64,000 nucleotides of DNA, from the NCBI RefSeq assembly GCF_009834535.1, contig NC_045696.1:46874001-46938000 (forward strand), read 5' to 3'. This document shows positions 39,980 through 52,965 of the stretch, in pieces. Source of the stretch: Camelus ferus (lineage: Eukaryota). The stretch's first letter is position 1, and the number at the start of each line of letters is the position of its first letter. The notes under the pieces are model-generated. The model had not been told where the DNA came from. It made no database searches and saw only the letters and a list, made by a program, of their open reading frames with translations. A program made the position numbers and the translations under genes.

Positions 39980-40170
39980 GTTATAAATACATCATGCCAT
40001 TTCATACTCCCAACAGTGCTATAGGGTAGGAAATATTATCATCTCTATTTTATAGGGAGGAAAATTTGGTGTAGAGTGTTTGAGTCATTTCCTCATGGTG
40101 GCACAGCTAGGAGGTAACCAAGCTGGGTTGCAAATCCAGGCAGCTTGAATCCAGGACCCCTGCCCTCCAC
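39980..40170 (-). mobile_element. MIR SINE
   Basis: tattatcatctctattttatagggaggaaaat...cacagctagga...aaatccaggcag. Confidence 0.65.
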
Positions 40171-40189
40171 CACCACTCTGTATGGATGG

Positions 40190-41240
40190 TTATATGGAAC
40201 CTCTAGGTGATCTCACCCTCTGTCATTGAGTGCAATTGCCATCAAAGCATTGATGTCAGCGGAACTTCGGGTGCCTCCTTCAGATTTCCACTTGGATATC
40301 TCAGAAAAGCTTCAAACTAGACACATCCAAAAGTTAACATAATTATTTTCCCCTCCAAGCCCAGCCCTCTTAGGTGTTCCCTCCATCAGTGAAGGACGCA
40401 GTCCTCCATTTAGCCATATGAGCCAGACACCTGAGCCTCATTCTTGACTCATCCCTCTCCTCCCCCTTCAATCCTCTACCCAATCCATTATTAAGTCCTG
40501 TGACTGATTCTGTTGAAATATGTCTCAAAGCAGTCTTCTTCTCCCCATCTCCACGGCCACCCACTTTGCCCAAGCCACTGTCATCTCTCATCAGATCTGG
40601 TGCTGTAGACCCCTGACTGCTTCCTCACTTCCAGCCTTGGCCTTCTTCTGCTCTTGACACTGCAATATAAGAGGCCTTTTCATGCAAATTGACCATATCA
40701 TCCCCCTGCTTTCATGGTTCTCACTGTTCCTAGATAAAGGACTATCTACTAGCAGGACCAGCAAGGCTCTGAAGAGTCTGGCCTCTGCTTGAAGCTCCAG
40801 TCTCATGTGGATCCCCCACTCTCTGGACTTAGGACGGATCCTATGCCTGCTTTCCTGTGGGCATCTGCATCCCACCATAGGGCCTTTGCACATGCTGTCT
40901 CCTCTGTTTGAAATGCTCTCCCCACCCTGCCTCACCAAGTCTGGTTAACTTTTACTCATTCCTCAGTTCTTAGACCACGTGTCACTTCTTCAGGGACACC
41001 TTCTTGCCTACCCCCTCCCAAGATTAGGGCAGGTTCTACTGTAATATATCCCTGTAATATTGTCATAACACTTAACTCAGCTGGCAATAATGCTTTTGTT
41101 TATGTAATTATTTACTCAATGACTCTCTTCCCCAGTGGAAAATATACTCCCTAAGGGCAGGGAACAGGTCAGTTTTTGCTGAACATTGTATCCCCTGCAG
41201 GCATTGATAAATATTCATTGGATGGAAGTAAGATGAATGA
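40190..41240 (+). mobile_element. L2 LINE 3' kilobase
   Basis: ttccacttggatatctca, cattcttgactcatccctctcc, ggcctttgcacatgctgtctcctctg; ends ataaatattcattggatggaa. Confidence 0.85.
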
Positions 41241-42999
41241 CTTTAAAAACACAACAGAATTAATTTTAAATGCAACAGACTAAATAGTAAAAACTAAAAA
41301 TCTCTGTTGAGTGATAGGGACTATACTAAATTTTAAGGTAGTTAAAATTCTTTGACTCAAAACTTTCTTCTTCTATTGTAAGCTTCTTAGCACACTCTGA
41401 ATATCTCATTGCAGAATCCTTTTCATTTTCTCAGTGACATATGGCAAAAGGGTGTGATCTAGTCTTCCATCTCTGGGTCGTGAAACTTGGCTCCCTGCAG
41501 CGTGAAGCTCTGTGATACTGGCCTGGGTGTCCGTCTTCCCACCCCACTCACCACACTTCCCTGCGTCTCCAGCCTTCTGTGCTTCCCAGCTACCGTGCCT
41601 TCAAGGCAGAGCCTATTGCTGGCCCTTGGTTGGGGTGATTCTTCAGGCTCTATTTTTTGCTGCACCCTTGGATTTTTTGTTCCTACAGCTTCAGCAGAAA
41701 GTGAGGCATGCAGAGTTGAGGGTGGAGGGAAGGGAGAGGGTGGTAGTGGTGATACTGATGGCTGGGCTCATTCCAGGTCCCCAGCAGGAAGGAAATTTTT
41801 GAAGGTCTGACCTGGAATCCACATCTCCTCGAAGAAAGAACGGGGGTGTTGAGAATTGCATGAAAGGATGAGATACTAATAGGATTCCATATTTTCAGTG
41901 TGTTTTGGGGAAATGATTAAGTGTCAGGCCTACTAACTTCTGATTCTCTAAGACTGGCCCAGTAATCTACACTTTAATATGCAGCCCAAGTACTTTTGAT
42001 GCATGTGGTCCCTGTACTGCACTTAGAAAAAACACTGGCACACAGTCACCTTTTATTCAGAGCTCTGTTAACACTTATTCTCAAAAAAGCCCTATTCTCA
42101 GCTCTACTGACTTGCTTGGAATGACATACAGATATGCCCCCAGTGGGCTGACCCTCTGGTCCCTTCCATTCAAGCATATTAATGGGTATCACTGTGGTTT
42201 TATGCTAAGAAACATAGAGGAGCAGGTACCTGTTTTTCTTTGTGAATCCCCAGAACATCTGTTGCCTAACACCTGGCATTCTCTGAAACAGGTGTACACT
42301 CAAGATAGCAATGGTGAAAAATCATATGATGTTGGCCCAGATCACAATTTGCAGCCTGTCACTCCTGCCAAATGGGTCAGTTGAGATGGAAACCACAATT
42401 CGAGCAGGTGGGTATTAGTAATTTGGGGAAGTGTCACCATTGAAAGGAAAGGGTGCATGAATATGGAATGTCTTGTGAAGCAGGAGAGGTAGTTTTCAAC
42501 TGTCCAGGACCCTCATCTACTTTCTTCCTCTTTATAAGTTCTCAGTCCCTCCTTACTCATCCCCCCAAAACATTAGCTGCTTCTAAAGCCTGTGAAGAAG
42601 ATGAAAGTTGTAAAGTTGTTTGAACAAAGGAAAGCAGTTGCGTCAATGGTGGAGACCTGAGCCAAAAGGCTCTTAGATCACCTGGTTCAAACCCTCCGTT
42701 ATGTGTTGAGGAAACAGAGGCTCAAGGACATTATGGGTTTAAGCCAGGAGACAGGCTACTTTATCTTTCATTCTGTCTGGAATCCAAAGCACAACTAGGG
42801 TCCAGGTGTCAGATGTAGTTTTGTTATTCTCCCCACACAATCACAACATGGTAACCCAAAGAGTTCTCGGCAAGGGAAGTGTTCAGTAATGCTCTTGCCA
42901 CTATAATGGAAATTGTATGACACAGGCACCTTGCCTGTCTTGTTCTTCACTCGGCATTTAAAACAGTGCTAGGCCCAGTGGGAGTAATTGGCAAGTAAT

Positions 43000-43870
43000 T
43001 GGCAAGTCTTAAGAAGACCTGGTAGCTTCTACTTTTGTGTTTCTGGGTGTTTCGAGCTGCTTGAAAGTAGTCTGGAGACTGTGATGGAGGGGCATGTGGA
43101 GAGACCATTTGCCCAACCAGAACCTGTGAGTGAGACCTCTTTTGGAAATAGGGCTTTTGCAGATGGCATCAAGTAAAAATGAGGCCGTGTGGATTAGCTG
43201 GAACCCAAAGCCAATGGCTGGTGCCCTCATGAGAAGGCCATGTGAAAACACAGACCCGCGGGGAGAGGCCATGTGAGGACAGAGGCAGAGGATGTGGGAT
43301 GCTGCCTGGAGGATTGACAAAACCTGCCAGAAGCTAGAAAGAGGTGAGGAAGGATTCTCCCCCAGAGCCCACAGGAGGAGCATGGCCCTGCTGGTACCTT
43401 GATTTTGGACTTCTAGCCTCCAGAACTGTGAGAGAATCAATATCTGCTGTTTTAAGCCACCAGTTTGTGGTGCTTTGTTATAGCAGCTCTGGGAAACTAG
43501 TACCAGAGGAAAAGCCTTGACACTGCATGGAGAGGAAATACAGACCAGCCATCCAGCCTTCTGCTTGGTCCTTCAGATGACTCTAGCCCCAGCTGCTATC
43601 TGACCATAAGCACGTGAGAGATCCCACATGTGACAAGCAGAAGCATCAGGGGACCTCAGACACATGAGGATCCATGGCGTGGGGCATCAGGGACATCCCA
43701 CCCCAGTAGAGCCCCCGCATGACTGCAGCCCCAGCTGCCAGCCATCACATGAACTAGAAGAACCACCCACCGCTGCCAGTCAACCCACTGAACTGTGAGA
43801 GATAATAAAATGGTTGTTTTAACCACTAGATTCTGGGATGGTTTACTATACAGGGATAGATAACCAAAAT
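43000..43870 (+). mobile_element. Old MLT1 LTR with a nested MLT1C-like LTR (about 43110-43503)
   Basis: Inner element ends ggacttctagcctccagaactgtgagag...ttgttatagcagctctgggaaactagtac; outer ends gaactgtgagagataataaaatggttgtttt...atagataacc. Confidence 0.8.
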
Positions 43871-44440
43871 ATCAGACTCTGAGATAAGGATGATTTATTT
43901 GGAGGTGTTCCCAGGAAAACTAGATGGGAATGGGGAAGTGGGACAGCAAAGGGAGGACCACTAAGCAGGGATGTGCACCAGAGTCCCATGGAAGGGAAGA
44001 TTGACCTAACCCAGCAAGGAGTCCTGGAGACCACGTAAGTCATAGCTCAGCCTCGTCCCCATCAAGGTCAAAGACAGTGGTGCATCTAAACTTCTCTACC
44101 CTTTCGCCATTAGTTAAGAGCTGCCTCAAGGACATGTAAGCTCTCAGTCACTTCTGGCTCTCTAGGGCAGGAGGTGAGGGAGGTTAGCAGCCTGAGGGCA
44201 GCCCTCCAGCAAGGAGACAAGTGCTGGCCTTTGGGAGTGAAGAGGCACCCAGAAGCAGTGTGTGTAAAATTGTAAAGGGAGGGTGACCTCATCCCAATTT
44301 GCCAGGGACTGTCTGTATTTAAAATGGGAAGTCCCACATCTTGTGAACTACCTCAGTTCTAGGCAGTCCAAACTATTAGTCGGTCACCCTAGAAGGGGAT
44401 CCCAGGTGAAGTGGGCAGAGCCTGACAGCATCTGCTACAG
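43870..44440 (-). mobile_element. ERVL LTR (LTR16/33-like) containing a MER94-like MITE (44279-44391)
   Basis: cagactctgagataagga...tttatttggaggtgttcccaggaa; MITE TIRs agggtgacc...ggtcaccct. Confidence 0.6.
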
Positions 44441-45129
44441 AGGCTGCATGAATATTCCTAAACTGGAGAGACTGGGGCCCACAGGAATCTCCAGAGGCCC
44501 CTCTGTAAGAGGCCAAGGACCTCTTTGTCAACTAGCAGCCAAGGACCCTCTTGATGATGGGAGCCTGTGATCTATGACTGGTATAAATGATTTCAAGCTG
44601 TTTCAAACACTGCAGGAGGGCTGAGGAAGATAGAAGAGGGAAATGCCTTTTAGTTTGGCAATTCAAGGCCTAGGTGAGAGAAGAGGGGTAGAAACACGTC
44701 GTACAACATGAAACTCAATGGTGGGCACCCAGCACAGCGTCCTCCATGGAGGGTATAAAGGGAACAAGGGACAGGCTGAAAACTGGGAGTTAGAGGAATG
44801 ATGTGGGGGGTGGGCAGGAAGAGATAAATTTACTGCAAGGATTCTTTAAAAAAAAAGTCTGTGTTCTAGAATGATCATTTTTGGGTGTTTTCTGAGGGCA
44901 AAGAGTTCATGGATGAACATAAACGTGAAAGGTAGTCATGGGAGAGGTGAGGCTGGTGGTGATGGTTCTAGTAGCAGGAAGAATGGCATCCTAGTCGCTT
45001 CCATCACCAGCAGAGAAGCTGATTTATGTAATTAACAGAATGGAAGTAAGGAATTCGTTACCAGGAATGAGAACTCTTTAGTGAGAGAAGGTAAAGATAA
45101 TGGGGAGATGTCATTAAGGCTTATAGATT

Positions 45130-45375
45130 AATGAATGGTTTGAGGACAATAAACATAAATATGCTCATTTAATCTCAGAATATTAGACGAAAGGGCTGTT
45201 TTGGAACCAAGAAAGAAATGCTTATAGGATAAACAAAAGGAATGATATTTTATTTAAACTCAACCAGTAGATACATGAGAGAGTGTGCACAGTGGGTAGT
45301 ACATAGGCTAGATAGATAAAGAAGTTCAAGAGAGGTTTGGATAAATTACTGAGTGCAAATCCATATCAGATTAAT
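45130..45375 (+). mobile_element. CR1/L3-like 3' end
   Basis: aggataaacaaaaggaa...aagttcaagagaggtttggataaatt. Confidence 0.45.
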
Positions 45376-45409
45376 AAAGAATGATGTTTAAAATTTTCTT
45401 GTTAATTTT

Positions 45410-45995
45410 CTTATTTGCATTTTATTTGATTTAAATGTGTAGGAAAAATAAAAGGCCATACAGTGAAAACTTGTTCTCTTGCCCCTGTCCCACACCTGCC
45501 CAGCCTCTGCCTCTCCCAACAGGTAATTACTGTGTCTTTTAAAATACTTTTTAAAGTGCATATATAGACAAAGAGGAGTAAATTCATTGAAGACAGGAAA
45601 TTTAGTCTGTCTTATTTACTCCCATATCCTCAGGGTCTGGAGAAGTTCCTGGACATTGAAGATGTCAATAAATATATATTAAATGATGAAATATATTCAT
45701 CCTGACAATTGTTAACCCAATAGCAGCATCCTATACATAGTTGTTTGTATGTATCTTGCTTTATTTATTTGACAATATGTCCTTGAGATCATTCCTTGTT
45801 GGTGCATAAAGACCTTCTTTATTGCTTTTTCAGAGCTGAGTTATATTCCATTGTATGGATATACCATAATTTATTCAACCAATTTTTTATTAATGGCCAC
45901 CAGTTTGTTCCCAATTTTTTGTTTTAACAAGTGTCACTGCAATGAATAATCTTCAAGTGATTTCTGTATTTGTAGGATAAGTTTTTAGGAGTGAA
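45410..45995 (-). mobile_element. L1ME-type fragment with a short L2 insert
   Basis: tattccattgtatggatataccataatttattcaacc; gcaatgaataatctt. Confidence 0.6.
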
Positions 45996-48900
45996 ACACC
46001 AGTTTTTAAGAAGTCACGTCCTCTCCCAAATGTCTCAGATAATGGTGACAGAATTCTTGACCACATGGATCACTGACCTGCCCTGCATAACATTTCTTAT
46101 GTTCTTTTCTGTGGTTATTGGGGTTGCTAATTCCAGGTTCTTTGGCCTGCTTTAAAAAACAAAAACAAAAACAAAAACAAAACACACAGAGAGATTTGCA
46201 GAATGAGAAATAGTGAGAACTGTTGGAGGCAGTGAAATTGACACACAGATGCTCAAGATCAGGCTGAAAGATCATTGGAATCGAATCTAAATTCCCAGCT
46301 CTCGTGTGTTCACTGCATGGATGTCTATGCTGGCTGCTTTCACTGGGAGATACAGTTTTTAACTGCCATTGTGTAATGATAAACATCTGTGTTTTTTTAC
46401 TTCTTTTCTAGGAACATTTGAGTACCAGGTGCTGACCTCACTTCATCATAGCCTTTTATTTTCATCATAGCCTTAGGGCTTTGATCTTATTATTTTGGTC
46501 AGACTGTGATGCCGGGGACATCAGACTGAAATGACCGCATCCCACTTGGTTTATCTCAGTGTTGTTTCTTTCCGGGGAAGGCAGAGCTGATTCAGACACG
46601 GGTGATGGCGCTAAGAGAAAACAGGCTCTAGGTCCTTAACCCAGACACACATGGCCATGCTCCTTTTCAGTGACACATTTCCACTGGAAACGTGAAAATA
46701 ACAATTCGTGCCCCACACCCATTGAGGGTGTGGTGCTGAATGTTAATAAGATAAGCTTCAAAATGCAGTTTGAGTTCTTCAGCTCTGAGGTTCCTGATAA
46801 AAGTTAGGTTATAGAATTAGTGAGATAAAAAAGCACATTCCAACCATGACCATTTTTCATCATAGAGTGCCTTGACAACTGCTTTAAGCCTCTGACTCCG
46901 TACAACGTGCAGGAACTTTCGGTTCAGTGCATGTGTATTCTTAATAACCTGCTTTATCTTCCTATGTACTCACTGCCAGGGACCGTGGGCAGCTTATTCA
47001 ATCAGCAGCTAGGTTTTAAATGTTCACTGGAGTCTGTGGAGGCATCAGTCTCAGAAAGAATCCTGGGCTGCCGGCTAGGAGGCTGGCTTTTCTCTGACTT
47101 CTCCTCCACCACCCAAATGCCCGTGAGCAGCTCACTTCACCTGAGCCTCCTGTTCGTTAAATCAGGGTAGTGGTTTCTGCTTTGGGCATCTCTGTGGCTG
47201 AATGGGAAAGCAGAGTGAGAATGGATGGACATGCTGTTTAATAGGATAAGGTCTATTAAAGATTAATAGGACTATTAATGTCTCAGCAGGGCACTTCCTC
47301 ACCTTGGAAAGAGAACTGAGATGTCAGGAAACACAGCCCACCCCTCTAGGCCAGGGCTCCCCAACCTCAGCTGAACTATAGAGCAATAAGATATCTAAGT
47401 TTTCCACTGTAATATCATCCAGGCCTAAATATGTGTAAAATATGCACACATGGATATAAAATATCGGGATATCAATACTTGAATGACAGCAACAACAAAA
47501 AGAACCTTCCTTTCAGCCAGCTCACACTGAACTGGCCTGTGAGGGGTGCTGGTTTTCTGCTCCCTGAAGAGACAGGAAATGTCAAAGGGACCCAGTGCCA
47601 AACTCAGAGCCCTGCCAGCCCACGTTCTAGCCCTGGGAATAGGCCCACGGCCTTAGGAGCCTGGTACCAATTCCACCCAAGAGCTCTTCGAACTCAGTGA
47701 GAGGGAATAAACCTGCTGATCTTTTTTTTTTTCTGAAAGTGGGTGGCTCTATGGGTCTGGTGTTGCTGGCACCTGTGGTGGTGATTAGAGTCTATCAGGC
47801 AGCGAAAATTCACTGGTTTCCACTTAAATGCCCTCTGGGCTCCACAGGTTACACAGAGGAGTGAAGCAGCCAAGAGAATTCTTATAATCCAGTGTCATTA
47901 TGTTTCGTATTCAGAACTGCCAGTGATGGCCTCGTTTCAGGAACACACCCGGGAGTGGTGAGGACTGAGGTCCAACCGCAAGCATCGCTCCTCTTGCTCT
48001 GGTTGTCACAGATGGAATGCAGGCTTCAGGTTGTGGCAACCTCTGATTTTTAGTTGAGGTCTTAATCTGAATTTTCTGTGAAATTATTCTGAGCTTTGAA
48101 TGTTAGTGTGTGCGTATGCATACTCATACACATAGGCACAGATCATCATGGGAGACAAGTGGGGGTGGTCTCCTTGGGGATCCCTGGACCCTCGGGTGGT
48201 GGGGAGGAGTTGGTGGTGCTGCAGGAGGTGCAGACGTGATACAACCTCGCACCATGGCAACACTACCATGTTCTCCCTTTCCAGAGCTCAGCCTGACCTC
48301 CAAGGTAGGGGTAGAGAGGCTGCTGGGATGTGTAGACATCCATCAACTCCCTAAGAACTGGCAGTTGAGTAGCCTTTAGAATGGCTTTAGATTCCTGTTG
48401 AGGTTTGTTGAAGATCATGAGCTCCCTGGCCTCAAGGGAGTTAAAACGGGGCTAATGGAACTGTACTTTGAAAGCTGTGTGAATTTCTAAGGGAAGCTAG
48501 ATGAATCTTATTACAGGAAAGGTTGGTCCACAAGTGGAACTTGGTGACCCCTATAATCGTAAGCCCTGGCTACTTCTCTTAAGGTGAAAAGGTAAACGGG
48601 CCGATGATGACAGTCTTTGCACTTACAAAACAGCAGTGCTGAAATCCTATAAAGGTGATTCTGGTGGACTGGTTTGCTCCAGAACTGGAAGGATAAGTAC
48701 TTCCAAATGATTCATTGTCTTGCTTCTTTCGACTTCTTGGAATTTCCCAAATGCTAAGTGACAGACAAGAAACTGTCTCCCAGGGCACAGACTACAACTA
48801 TAAATTTGGAGAGGGTCGTTCTATTCAGCCGATGATTTCAATTTTCTCACCCATTAAAGGGTATGGTAGAGAACACCCTTTCAATACACTGTGAAAGCTG

Positions 48901-49019
48901 ATTTGGAAGCCAAAGGCTTGCTTCTTTTCTCTCACTATTAAGCCTGTATGTAGAAATCAGCCACATCTAATTTAATCACATCTGTTTCTATTTTTTTTGA
49001 TGATGAGATGCAGGGATTT

Positions 49020-49680
49020 ATAAGCTGAGGCTTAGCACCCCAGGGGAGGGGGAGGGGGGCAGCGGTGCTGGAGGTGGGGAGACCTACACGCGGAGCGCCC
49101 CATGGTGCCGTCAGCTCCACCACCCCATTTACGCCTCACAGCTCCCCAGAGGGAGGGATCATTACCATCATTTTATAACAAAGTGAACTTTCTTTTTGGA
49201 GGTTTGTTCCAATTACAAATCAAAGTGAAAAATTAAAGCAGTACACAAGGACCAAGGGAAGGCGGAAAAGAAGGGAAACATTAGAAGCTACATTTCTCTC
49301 ATTTGGATTTAAGTGATCTGAGTAACGCTTCTTAGTTTCTGTCCCCTGGCCAGTCCTTGTGGGTAAGCATTTCCAGTCCTCGGGCCTTTTCCCAGTCTGT
49401 TTCTGCACCACCTCACCCACTCCAGGCTTGTGGTAGAGACTCCTGGGGGACGGGCGACTCCAGATTCTGGCCCAGATTCTGTCCGAGTTGCGCAGCTGTG
49501 TCAGCCTCGCTCGCTCCCAGGCCACAGGGGCGCAGGAATGAGTGGGGCGGAACTGCTCACGGCCAGCGGGTGTGAGTGGGGCCAGTGCTCCTCCACCACC
49601 TTCCAGCCTCCCGGTGAGAGTAGGACCAACAGTATCTGCCTAAACAAGGAGATAAGAAACTGACTGAAGGGGGCACTTTT
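49020..49680. promoter_or_regulatory. GC/CpG-rich candidate regulatory element
   Basis: G-tracts 49043-49079, intact CpGs, GC box GGGGCGG 49544-49550, CTCF-like motif 49661-49678. Confidence 0.45.
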
Positions 49681-50004
49681 GGAAGAGCTGCATCCTCTGC
49701 AAATAATGGGACTGCTGAGTGGTTTCCAAGAGCCATGCCGTTTTCTGGTGTCCTGGACTTTCTGCATCCTCTCCGAGGGATGGTCACTGCAGGGGAGGCC
49801 CATCCAGTACCCCTGCCTCTGTCCTGTTTCACTTCCAGCCCCAGGGCCTGGGAGGACCAGCTCTTACTCTCTTTTTCCACAATCTGGCATGACCTAATTT
49901 AGCATCTGGTGTCATACCAACTCTGATCTGAACCCTGGCCTGCTGCCCCCAGATTGAAACCCCAGGATTGCCTTTTCCTGAGCCCAAACTGTATTAAATT
50001 GTGA

Positions 50005-51984
50005 CATCCCTGACTGGCCATTCCTGTCTCTCCCTTCTCAGGCTTCCCTATTCCCTGAGACACAACATGGTTGAAATTAGGCCAGTGAGTAGCCTTATAA
50101 CAGCCTCTAAGTGTATAAACAAAAGGAATAGTTCCACGTCTCTCACTTTAAATCAAAAGCTACAAACGATTAAGCTTAGTGAGGAAGGCATGCTGAAAGC
50201 TGAGCCAGGCTTCTTGCACCAAACAGTTAAGCCAAATTGTGAATGCAAAGGAAAAGTTCTTGAAGGAAATTAAAAGTGCTACTCCAGTGAACATATGAAT
50301 GATAAGGGAGCGAAACAGTCTTACTACTTCCAGGAGAGAAGATCAAACCAGCCGTAACATTCCCTTTAGCCAAAGCCTAATCGAGAAGCAAAGCCCTAAC
50401 TCTCTTCAGTTCTGTGACGGCTGGGTATTAGGAAGCTGCAGAAGAAAAGTTTGAAGCTAGCAGAGGTTAGTTCATGAGGTTTAAGAAAAGAAGGCGTCTT
50501 CATAACATCAAAGTACAAGGTGAAGCAGCAAATTCTGATGTAGAAGCTGTAGCAAGTTATCCAGAAGATCCCATCCATGAAACAGGCTTATATGGGAAGA
50601 AGATGCCATCTTCGATTTTCATAGCAAGAGAGGAGAAGTCAATGCCTGGCTTCAAAGCTTCAAATGACAGGCTGACTCTTGTTAGGAGCTAATGCCGCTA
50701 GTGACTTTAAGTTGAAGCCAACACTCATTTACCATTCTGAAAATCCTAGGGCTTAAGAATTATGCTAAATCTACTTTACCTGTGCTCTATAAATGGAACA
50801 ACAAAGCCAGGATGACAGCACATCTGTTTACAAACATGGCTTGTGGAAAACAAGCCCACTGTTAAGACCTACTGCTCAGAAAAAAAGGTTCCCTTCAAAA
50901 TATTACTGCTCATCGACAATGTAACTGGTCATCCAAGAACTCGGATGGGGATGTACAATTAGGTACCTGTTGTTTTCATGCCTGCCAACATGATACCCAT
51001 TCTGCAGCCTATGGATCAAGGAGTCATTTTGACTTTCAAGTCTTAAAGAAATATATTTCATAAGGCTACAGCTGCCAATGATAGTGATCTCTCTGATGAA
51101 TCTGGGCAAAGAAAACTGAAAAACCTTCTGGAAAGCATTCACCATTCTAGCTGCCATTAAGAACATTCGGCATTTATGGGAAGAGATCAAAATATCAACA
51201 TTAACAGGAGTTGGGAAGAAGTTGATTCCAACCCTCATGGATGAATGACATTGACGGGTTGAAGACTTCCATGGAGGAAGTAACAGCAGATGTGATGAAA
51301 ATAACAAGAGAACAAGAATTATAAGTGGAACCTGAAGATGTGACTTATTTGCTGCATCATGATAAAACTTGAATGGATGAGTTCAATAGAGTTGCTTCTT
51401 ATAGATGAGCAGAAAAAGTGTTTTCTTGAGATGGAAACTACTCCTGGTAAAGATGCTGTGAAGATTGTTGAAATGACAACAAAGGATTTAGAATATGACA
51501 TAAACTTAGTTGACAAAGCAAGAGCAGGATTTGAGAAAACTGACTAATTTTGAAAGAAGTTCTGCTGTGGGTAAAACACTATCAAACAGCATTACAGGCT
51601 ACAGAGAAATCGTTCATGAAAGGAAGAGTCAATTGATGCAGCAAACTTCATTTTTGTCTTATTTCAAGAAATGGCCACAGCCACCCCAACCTTTAGCAAC
51701 CACCACCCTGATCAGTCAGCAGCCATTAACAGGGGAAAAGACCCTCCACCAGCAAAAAGATTATGACTCACTGAAGGCTCAGATGATGGCTAGCATATTT
51801 CAGCAATATATTTAAATTAATATATGTACTTTTTTTAAACATAATGCTATCACACACTTAATAGACTACAGTAGAGCATAAACATAACTTCTACATGCAC
51901 TGGGAAACCAAAAAATTCCTGTGACTCACTGCTTTTCTGTGGTGGTCTGGAACTGAACTGCAGTATCTCTGAGGTATGCCTGTA
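50005..51984 (+). mobile_element. Tigger1 DNA transposon: 5'-truncated, internally deleted, transposase decayed
   Basis: Peptides [75 protein letters not shown]; 3' TIR gaggtatgcctg followed by TA. Confidence 0.95.
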
Positions 51985-52589
51985 TATATATTAAGTTCCT
52001 TGCAAAATAGTAGCTGCTCAATCAAGGATTACTATAATTAAAACATTTTATTATACTATAGCTAACTTGACTTACTTTTACCCTCCTACATCATATATGT
52101 TTACATTTCTCAGATTGAATATATTATGACTTCAAATCCTAAGTCCACTATTGTGTGGTCTTGGACATGTTACTTAGCTTCTCTGAATCTCAGTTTCACG
52201 TCTGTAAAATGGAAATAATACCTCCCTCACTCAGTTGCAAAATAAAATCTGGTAATATAGATAATATGCTTAGCGCCATGCCTGGCATACTGAGATATAA
52301 TTGGTATTTTCACTATCTTTGTGCCTTTGTTCATGTTAGTTCTTAGAATGCTGCTTCTCCTCTTTTATTTTGCAAAATTCTAGAAGACCTGGTTGAAGTA
52401 TCCTTTTTTCTCAGTGGATTCATATTTGCTCAATTGCATTCCACTGCATCCAGTTCTATTATTATTATTATTATTAATTATTATTATGATGATGACAGTT
52501 TATTGCATTATGCATATTTGATTTACCACTTTTCCTGCTTGACTCTTATCCTGCTATTCAAACTCCATTTTATCTTCCTTTTATCCCAG

Positions 52590-52965
52590 TGTTCCTCTAA
52601 TACTTCCTCTGGACTATCTGATCCAGCATACTTATTCCCCATCAAATCCCCATGACTTTGCTTCTTTCCTTCTGCCTGGAATGGCTTTTCCCATTTTTCT
52701 TTGCTACTGGAATCTGACACATCCCTCAAGGATCAACTCTATGAATTCTTCTCTGTTTCCTCCAAGTTAGAATTACTTTTTCCACTCAGCTTCAGTAACA
52801 CTCTTTCTCTATTATGAAACTTAGTATTTATAACATTTTAATTATATGCATGTGTCTTTCCCATTAGACTGTGAGTTCTCGGAGAGAAGGATAATGTCTT
52901 ATTCATATTAGTTTCCCTCAGCACCTAATACTGTGCCCCAAATATAGTAGTAATTCATCAATTTT
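52590..52965 (+). mobile_element. L2 3' end
   Basis: ccttctgcctggaatggc...ttcccattagactgtgagttctc...agcacctaatactgtgcc. Confidence 0.7.

Noticed and set aside
46385..46412. Isolated strong plus-strand acceptors (also near 8156, 8791 and 37821)
   Set aside because: They cannot be linked into a transcript from sequence alone, and such sites are frequent in intergenic DNA.
50001..51815. Domesticated Tigger transposase (TIGD-like gene)
   Set aside because: Multiple stops, frameshifts and deletions show a decayed Tigger1 copy.
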